In this document: positions 57,430 through 63,161 of the stretch, piece after piece | Layout: each line of letters starts with the position of its first letter | Position numbering within the stretch: position 1 is the first letter of the stretch | NCBI GenBank assembly: GCA_028288965.1 | Contig: JAQGHD010000025.1 | Span: 1-63,161 of the forward strand | Direction: 5' to 3' | DNA from: Candidatus Saccharimonadota bacterium | Lineage (GTDB): Bacteria; Patescibacteriota; Saccharimonadia; Saccharimonadales; JAQGHD01 | Length of the DNA stretch: 63,161 bases | Translations under genes and position numbers: made by a program | The notes under the pieces: generated by a model | Seen by the model: the letters and a program-made list of their open reading frames with translations, nothing else | Databases searched by the model: none | Told to the model about the DNA's origin: nothing

Positions 57430-58647
57430 TTAGGCTTTTGGTATCTGGGGAATGTCTGGAGGCGGCGTGGTCGTAGACGGTCCATCAAGGGTTGGCCTGA
57501 TAGACGGTCTAGAAAGTTCGTTTAACGGAATTGGCGTGGTGATCGGTTGGGTGGAACTAACGACCTTTGATGACAGCGGCGAACCAAACATATTTCGTCG
57601 TTTGTTTCGCCAATGCTTGAATCGCCAGCCACCTAGTCCAAGGGCGAGTAAGGCAACCACGCTGCCGGCAATAATTTTTTGAGTCGCATATGAAGGCGGG
57701 GGCATCTGTACTTGTATGCCCAATACTTTCCCGTCAGAGTTGGCGTTGACTTGTATAACACGGCTTAAGGTGTGGTTATTGTACGAAACGCTCAGGTTAT
57801 GGCTGCCGGTGCTGACACTAGCGAGCGTTACTTTGCCAGAGGCGTTGGTGTGTACAATTGGCAAAGAATCAATCACCACCCTAGCACCTTTAACCGGCTG
57901 ACCTTTGGAGTCTTGGACAGAAATTGAAATGTCTTGGCCGTTCGTTGCCGAGGTGTTAGCCGGGCTAGTGGTTGACGACGTAGGGGAGTTGGTGGCGGGG
58001 GCTGGATTTGAACCACTCGAGTTTGAGGGGGCTTTGGCCACTGGCGTACCTTTCTTACTAGTTGAGCCAGAGCTACTGGATGATGAAGGTGTAGAATTCA
58101 CCGCTGGTGCCACAATGTTAACAGTCGTGAGGTTTAATGTTTCGCCAGGGTTATTAGCGGTCAACTGACCATTTTCTACCGAACAGGTAATTGAGGTATT
58201 GGTTACCCCAATGGTTATCTGTGCCTGAATAGCTATGAGCTTGACGCTGATTTGGCTACCGGCAGCTCCAGAAGCTGTCAGGTCATAGTCATTATAATCA
58301 GCTGTATAGTCGCCATGTACCGGCCCACCAGACCACGTTTCACTAAAACTAGCTGGCGTGGCTCCGCTAACAGCATAAGTTAGCGTAGTGGCATTCACCG
58401 TGGCAATATTGGTATTGGCCGAGCCAGTGATATTGGTGAGCTTAAAGCTCTGGCCCGGAGTTACACTGGCTGGCGCCACCATAGTAAAAATTCCAGGCTG
58501 CCCTTCGCATAGGGCGGTAGCCGCATGGGTTGCCCCAAAATTCCGGGCCAGCAAGGTGCCGTAAATAGCTCCAAAGACCAATAAAGAAAAAAGTGAAATT
58601 CGCGATAAACTATACCTGCTTGACGGTCGCCAAGCTTGTTTACTCAT
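57430..58647 (-). CDS. Type-I membrane surface protein with a Ser/Thr-rich linker and a carboxypeptidase-regulatory-like beta-sandwich.
   Basis: Signal peptide. 'ISISVQDSKGQPVKGARVVIDS'. C-terminal TM followed by a basic stop-transfer 'RFKHWRNKRRN'. Confidence 0.5.
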   Translation of the reverse strand: MSKQAWRPSSRYSLSRISLFSLLVFGAIYGTLLARNFGATHAATALCEGQPGIFTMVAPASVTPGQSFKLTNITGSANTNIATVNATTLTYAVSGATPASFSETWSGGPVHGDYTADYNDYDLTASGAAGSQISVKLIAIQAQITIGVTNTSITCSVENGQLTANNPGETLNLTTVNIVAPAVNSTPSSSSSSGSTSKKGTPVAKAPSNSSGSNPAPATNSPTSSTTSPANTSATNGQDISISVQDSKGQPVKGARVVIDSLPIVHTNASGKVTLASVSTGSHNLSVSYNNHTLSRVIQVNANSDGKVLGIQVQMPPPSYATQKIIAGSVVALLALGLGGWRFKHWRNKRRNMFGSPLSSKVVSSTQPITTPIPLNELSRPSIRPTLDGPSTTTPPPDIPQIPKA

Positions 58648-58680
58648 GGGTTTATCATAGCAAATAAGCTGGTGGAGGAG

Positions 58681-59046
58681 TTATTCTAAAGCGTCTAGCA
58701 TACCGTGCAAGTGGGCCGCTGCTTGCTCGATGTCCATATACTTGTATTGGCCGGCTCGCGACTCCGCAGCTATCACTCCGCACCGATGGACGCTCTCAAA
58801 ATCCCCATAGGGAAATTTGTAGTGCCCTTTATTGTCTTTATCTTGGGTATCATCAACTCCCAGGTACCAGCGCCCAAATTCAGTCACACCGTGCTCTGCT
58901 AAATATTGATTCTCTTTTGCCGCCGATGGCTGATGCTCACTCCAATCATCTCTCTCATCTACCACTGCTTTTCCATCTTGGATTAGCTGTTTGGCATGCG
59001 CATAGGCCCGCTGGTTGAGTTTTATTGCCATAATGACCTCCCCCAA
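58681..59046 (-). CDS. Hypothetical protein (121 aa).
   Basis: ORF only. Confidence 0.4.
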   Translation of the reverse strand: MGEVIMAIKLNQRAYAHAKQLIQDGKAVVDERDDWSEHQPSAAKENQYLAEHGVTEFGRWYLGVDDTQDKDNKGHYKFPYGDFESVHRCGVIAAESRAGQYKYMDIEQAAAHLHGMLDALE

Positions 59047-59175
59047 TGTGCTGTGAGCGTATTATGGGACTCATGTTTTTCAAAGTCAGTAATATATTCG
59101 GCATGCTTGTAAGAAACCTCGCTGCTTTTAAAGAATATTGCGACTTAAATACTTAAACATAAAAGGGGGTTTGCT

Positions 59176-59625
59176 ATGGCGGACAAAGTATTTAGCGAAT
59201 TTGAGGCGACGTTGCAGAAAAGCAATCAAATGTTAAGCGAACTGGAAGACGAGCTGGGCTGGCAAGATCGTCACCGCCAAAGCTATGCCGCGATGCGTGA
59301 GGTGTTACATGCTCTGCGAGACAGGTTGCCGTTTAGGGAAGCTCTGCAGTTATCGGCGCAACTGCCTATGCTGATGGCAGGTGTTTTTGTTGACGGTTGG
59401 AAACCAAAAGACAAGCCGGTCAAGATGACCGCCGAGGAAATGTACCAGCGTATTGCGCAGCACTTTCCTTACTCGGTTGAGGGTGGCGTGCCCATGATGG
59501 TCCATGCGGTCTGGCAGGTGTTAAAGCGACATGTTTCGCCTGGCGAACTGGAGGACATAGAGGCTAACTTGCCCAAAGAATTTGTGTTTAGTTTAGAAGG
59601 CAAAAATCGCTTACCAGTAATGTAG
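59176..59625 (+). CDS. DUF2267-domain protein.
   Basis: 'LPFREALQLSAQLPMLMAGVFVDGWKP' and 'VHAVWQVLKRHVSPGELEDIEANLPKEF' fit the DUF2267 pattern. Confidence 0.6.
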   Translation: MADKVFSEFEATLQKSNQMLSELEDELGWQDRHRQSYAAMREVLHALRDRLPFREALQLSAQLPMLMAGVFVDGWKPKDKPVKMTAEEMYQRIAQHFPYSVEGGVPMMVHAVWQVLKRHVSPGELEDIEANLPKEFVFSLEGKNRLPVM

Positions 59626-59633
59626 GAGGGGCA

Positions 59634-59969
59634 ATGCCTGACGTACCATTTAATGAGCAGCCGCTGCCGAATGACGATGACAATACTGATGATACGGATG
59701 ATGATGCGACTGATGATTTTCAGCAGAATGACCCGGACGATATAAATCCGCTGGCGCTGATGAAGGACGATGAAGAGTTACCGGGTGATTACGGTACACC
59801 CTTCTCGCCGCCGAGCGGCGTCCAAGACCGGATTGACGATACGGCACCCATGACTGACAGCAATATTATTCCTCAGCAACGTTACGACGAAGGCATTGAA
59901 GGAGCGGCCGGGATAGATTTGCCTGGTGAAGCGGCTGACGAAGATGATGATATACCAGAAACGTTGTGA
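59634..59969 (+). CDS. Highly acidic hypothetical protein (Asp-rich).
   Basis: 111 aa. D/E content is very high. Confidence 0.4.
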   Translation: MPDVPFNEQPLPNDDDNTDDTDDDATDDFQQNDPDDINPLALMKDDEELPGDYGTPFSPPSGVQDRIDDTAPMTDSNIIPQQRYDEGIEGAAGIDLPGEAADEDDDIPETL

Positions 59970-59998
59970 GAGTATTTTTATAGACGTTTAGCTTATAA

Positions 59999-60691
59999 GT
60001 GCTCACACTATGGAAAGAAGCTGACTTGAGAAAGGTGAAGCTGATGGCTACTGAGCGTTCTGATACAGCCCCGGTATTAGTGGTGAACGACTTGTGGTGG
60101 ATGGGCGCAATTCAAGCAACACTAGCGATTTTCTTTGGCATTACTGCTATTTTTTGGCCTGGGTTAACACTGCTGACACTGGTATTTTTGTTTAGTGCGT
60201 TTGTACTAGCCTGGGGATTCATAGAAATCGTTAACGGCCTGCTTAGTATTCGCCGCCGTAACACCTGGTGGGTCACTTCCCTGCTTGGTTTGATTGGGCT
60301 TGGGGTGGGAATTTATTTAGTGCGCCATCCGGGTGTGTCGTTTGGCACCTTTATATTACTAATTGGTTTAACTCTAATTGCCAGAGGTGTTCTAGACGGC
60401 GTGCGAGCCTTTGTGGATGGCGGTAATACCACAACCAGAACACTGTCCTTAATTATTGGCTTGTTTGCCATTATTGCCGGTATTTTAATCTTGGTCCAAC
60501 CGATAGCCGGTGGCGTGGCATTTGTCTGGATACTAGGGCTCTATGCCCTTATTTACGGAGCATTTACGCTGGCTATTGCTTTAGAGCTACACAACGAACT
60601 GGAATCCTTTCTAAAACGTGGACTAGAACAGACGCAGACAACTGGACCTAGTCACAACAGAGGCCCTCGCCGTGCCTCGGCCCGCACCTAG
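59999..60691 (+). CDS. HdeD-family (DUF308) membrane protein, paralog of 19137..19718.
   Basis: Clear similarity by eye to the 19137 protein (e.g. 'FWPGLTL(V/L)TLV(Y/F)LFSAFVLA', 'YLVRHPGVSF', 'GGVAFVW(I/L)LGLYALI'). Confidence 0.65.
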   Translation: MLTLWKEADLRKVKLMATERSDTAPVLVVNDLWWMGAIQATLAIFFGITAIFWPGLTLLTLVFLFSAFVLAWGFIEIVNGLLSIRRRNTWWVTSLLGLIGLGVGIYLVRHPGVSFGTFILLIGLTLIARGVLDGVRAFVDGGNTTTRTLSLIIGLFAIIAGILILVQPIAGGVAFVWILGLYALIYGAFTLAIALELHNELESFLKRGLEQTQTTGPSHNRGPRRASART

Positions 60692-60817
60692 CCAGCAGTC
60701 TGATAGGCTGGCCGAAATTTTTTCAATAATAAATCGTGCTCGAGAAGAGGCATATCTGGCTGACGTGGAGGGTGGTGTTTGCTACACTTGCAGCCGTAGT
60801 AATAAGGAGGGGTTATT

Positions 60818-60970
60818 ATGGCACGAAGCAGTAGAAGCAAGACGAACCAAGACTTCGAAAACATGAGCGACGCGGATCTGGTGGCCTTTATTGGTGGTGA
60901 CGTGGATCCTAAGACGGCCAGAGCTGATCTGATTGTTTTGGCTATTGAAACTGACGAAGGCAGGCAGTAG
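60818..60970 (+). CDS. Small ORF (50 aa) with a double-glycine leader-like motif. Possible secreted peptide precursor.
   Basis: MARSSRSKTNQDFENMSDADLVAFIGG|DVDPKTARADLIVLAIETDEGRQ. AAGGAGG lies 8 nt upstream. 'MSxxDLxxFIGG' resembles the bacteriocin leader consensus LSxxELxxIxGG. Confidence 0.3.
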   Translation: MARSSRSKTNQDFENMSDADLVAFIGGDVDPKTARADLIVLAIETDEGRQ

Positions 60971-60979
60971 TCAACTAGT

Positions 60980-62245
60980 TTAAAGTCCTAAGAAACCACT
61001 GTTGGCTGTATTCCAGTGCTGGTAAATGTAACTGCCAGTAGATATCGTAGTGCTGGCGTTAAAATAGTCACTATCATTACAGTCCAAAAATAGATCCAAA
61101 CTAGCTTTGGTGCATTTGGGGTCCACATAGACACTTTTTCGATTAACGGTTTTGCCATTAACGCCATCTGCATAACACATAACATCCTGCTCATCGAGAC
61201 AATGGTAACCACCGCTGGTATGGGGGGCGTCAAGCTGCACTGCTCCAAGCGTGTGAGAAAGTTCGTGAAGTTCAACTCCTGCTCGATTCCAGCAGGCAGG
61301 CCCCACAACGGCATAGCCAACATAACTGTTTGCTTGGTTGGTGCTTTCTTTGGAACTATCGTTATAGGCACTTCCTGCACCGCAGATTTTTGTTCGGCCA
61401 TCAAACCAGATCAAGTATTTGCGGTCACTGTGGTTGTAGCCGTTTACCTGCAGAAACGCAGTAATATCAGCGTAGGTAAAATCGTATCCGGGTCTGGCCC
61501 GCATATTAATCTGACTCACTATTGGTATGCAATTTGTGCCCTGCACGTATCGAATATGCCGAGTCACGGAATTGGGGCTGGTAATACCGGCGGTGGTTGA
61601 GCTCATCACCACCTGTGTTTCTACCCGTTCGGAAGTGATGGCCAGGCTACTCTTCATATGGCTAAGAGTCGCTGCGTCGCGGACATTGGTGTTTACCAGC
61701 AGCAACTGGACACGCCTAGCATCAGATCCGTCGCCGTAACATTTAGGTATGGTACGGGGCAAACTATTGGGAGCCAAACCAGTAGTCGCAGCGGCTACGA
61801 TCTCCTGGGCCTGCTTTTGCATAGCTGGGATTTGGTCCTGAGTGAATACAGTAGCGTCTTGTTCGTTAGCTAAGGCGGTGGTTAATCCGTCAACCGGCTG
61901 AGTCATATCTACACCTACGGGGGCGGGGTCAGGGCCATGCGTGCAGGACGGCCTATTGCCAGCCCTAACGTTTTTGACTTCAAATCCTCCATGGCAGGGG
62001 TGCCAAAAAGCAGTGGCTTTAATTTTGCGCAAGCCGTCATAGACCAGACCCCTAGTTGGATCAGTAGGTAGCTTGGCTTGGCCAGCATCATCATACGGGT
62101 AGCTGGCGGCGAAGGAAGTTACCAGACCAATGATGCCAACGGTTGCAAATAACAACCCAAATACCAAAATCTGTTTTTTGGAAAAACGATGAAAGCGAGA
62201 TGTTCGGCTAGCCTTTTTTTGCCGATGGGCCCTTTGCTTTGCCAT
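60980..62245 (-). CDS. Secreted zincin-like metalloprotease (HExxH).
   Basis: Signal-anchor. 'VELHELSHTLGA' HExxH motif. 421 aa. Confidence 0.5.
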   Translation of the reverse strand: MAKQRAHRQKKASRTSRFHRFSKKQILVFGLLFATVGIIGLVTSFAASYPYDDAGQAKLPTDPTRGLVYDGLRKIKATAFWHPCHGGFEVKNVRAGNRPSCTHGPDPAPVGVDMTQPVDGLTTALANEQDATVFTQDQIPAMQKQAQEIVAAATTGLAPNSLPRTIPKCYGDGSDARRVQLLLVNTNVRDAATLSHMKSSLAITSERVETQVVMSSTTAGITSPNSVTRHIRYVQGTNCIPIVSQINMRARPGYDFTYADITAFLQVNGYNHSDRKYLIWFDGRTKICGAGSAYNDSSKESTNQANSYVGYAVVGPACWNRAGVELHELSHTLGAVQLDAPHTSGGYHCLDEQDVMCYADGVNGKTVNRKSVYVDPKCTKASLDLFLDCNDSDYFNASTTISTGSYIYQHWNTANSGFLGL

Positions 62246-62282
62246 TTGTAGTTAGTTTAGCACAAGTGGTTAGGTTGCAACC

Positions 62283-62990
62283 CTACTGGGCTTTAGCCGT
62301 ATCGATTAAAGTTGAGCCACCACGTTCGAGCCAGCGGTTATAGGTAGGGCTACTGGCAGCGTGACGTTCCCGCCACATATTAAAAATGTCTCGAGAATAC
62401 ACCACCGTCTGCGTATCGTTTAGGCCCCGGCCCTTCTCTAAATTATTAGCTGCGCCTGGGCCCCCATTATAGCCAGCCGCAATCAACTCTACGGTACTAT
62501 TCCAGCTCGGTCCCTGAGCGGCCGTTCCAAATTCTTTCCGTAAATAAGCCAGATAGGCAGTACCGAATTCAATATTGGTGCGCGGATCTGCCAGGTCATA
62601 GCTGGTGCGCGGTTTTTTTAAAAACTTAGCGGCAATTTCCTTAGCGGTGGGCGGCGTAATTTGCATAAGGCCTTGGGCGTCAGCACTGCTATGGGCTTTG
62701 GCGAAGCCGCCCGATTCTAGGGTCATGATGATAGCGACCAGATCGGGGTCAATCTTATATTTCTTGGACATTTCATTTATAGGGTCTTTCCAGTGCTGCA
62801 CCGTCGCCGGCAGCCAAGGAATAGTTATGGTAGCGGCCTGGGGTTTCAGTGGCAGCTGGGCGTGTTTAATCAGGCTAACGGTTTCCACAGCGACCAAAGT
62901 AACTGCTACACTCGCCAGCCGCATAAAGCCCTCTCGTCTGGTCGGCAATCGGTCGAGTAGCGGCTCCACTTTCAACTGAGGCAATCTCAT
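62283..62990 (-). CDS. Lytic transglycosylase (SLT domain).
   Basis: 'AQGLMQITPPTA' and 'AAGYNGGPGA' are SLT catalytic-domain motifs. Confidence 0.75.
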   Translation of the reverse strand: MRLPQLKVEPLLDRLPTRREGFMRLASVAVTLVAVETVSLIKHAQLPLKPQAATITIPWLPATVQHWKDPINEMSKKYKIDPDLVAIIMTLESGGFAKAHSSADAQGLMQITPPTAKEIAAKFLKKPRTSYDLADPRTNIEFGTAYLAYLRKEFGTAAQGPSWNSTVELIAAGYNGGPGAANNLEKGRGLNDTQTVVYSRDIFNMWRERHAASSPTYNRWLERGGSTLIDTAKAQ

Positions 62991-63112
62991 ACTGGTAGTA
63001 TACCTCTCAACGCAACCCTGCCTCGGCTTGAGAAAAGTCTAAAATATAGTATAATAGCTTTAAGCACATCTTAAGTGGTGTGTTTTTCTTTAACAATTTG
63101 CATAGAGGTCTC

Positions 63113-63159
63113 GTCCTTGGGCTTAAGTTGCTTTACTGAAGCGATTTAAGCCCAAGGAC
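63113..63159. repeat. Perfect 14-bp inverted repeat GTCCTTGGGCTTAA / TTAAGCCCAAGGAC with a 19-nt loop, at the window edge.
   Basis: Read from sequence. The context beyond the window is unknown. Confidence 0.35.
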
Positions 63160-63161
63160 TT

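Noticed and set aside
59650-59847. 65-aa His/Arg-rich minus-strand ORF
   Set aside because: It is antisense to the Asp-rich 59634..59969 gene. A GAT/GAC-rich sense strand yields a His/Arg/Ser-rich reverse frame purely as an artefact.

Overview
This 63-kb window is a densely coded bacterial chromosomal segment of roughly 50% GC (estimated by eye). A sortase, FtsX/MacB-type ABC exporters with no periplasmic adaptor, a flotillin and an absence of outer-membrane genes suggest a monoderm or possibly CPR/Saccharibacteria-like organism; this is inference only. Core genes I am confident of: gltX (5' part, runs off the window), xthA, pyrH, smpB, pcm, a complete F0F1 ATP synthase operon (atpZ-like, B, E, F, H, A, G, D, C), an MIP aquaporin, a Crp/Fnr regulator, two paralogous ABC ATPase plus FtsX-like permease pairs, two sensor histidine kinases, and three tRNAs (Leu-CAA, Ser-GGA, Asn-GTT). 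Several stress-type proteins are scattered through the window: Hsp20, YtxH, GlsB/YeaQ, two HdeD paralogs, DUF2267 and a glutaredoxin-like protein. Envelope and glycan genes include a GH5-like hydrolase carrying Ig-like/Fn3 domains, a G8/beta-helix protein, a GT2 and a GT4 glycosyltransferase, a lytic transglycosylase, a secreted HExxH protease and a 2079-aa surface protein built of tandem repeats. Observations that deserve a second look: (1) a near-complete type-III hammerhead-ribozyme fold upstream of pyrH, although its 15.1/16.1 base pair is swapped relative to the consensus; (2) three compositionally atypical, translationally coupled ORFs lying inside the F1 part of the atp operon; (3) tandem AT-rich cassettes with conserved ends inserted at the 3' end of tRNA-Asn; (4) a duplicated copy of each tRNA's own 3' end lying just downstream of tRNA-Leu and tRNA-Ser (the tRNA-Asn duplicates are part of 3), which looks like a tRNA-targeted integration footprint. 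No CRISPR array, rRNA or recognisable transposase/integrase gene was seen. All coordinates and motifs were read by eye from the sequence; no homology search or structure prediction was run.
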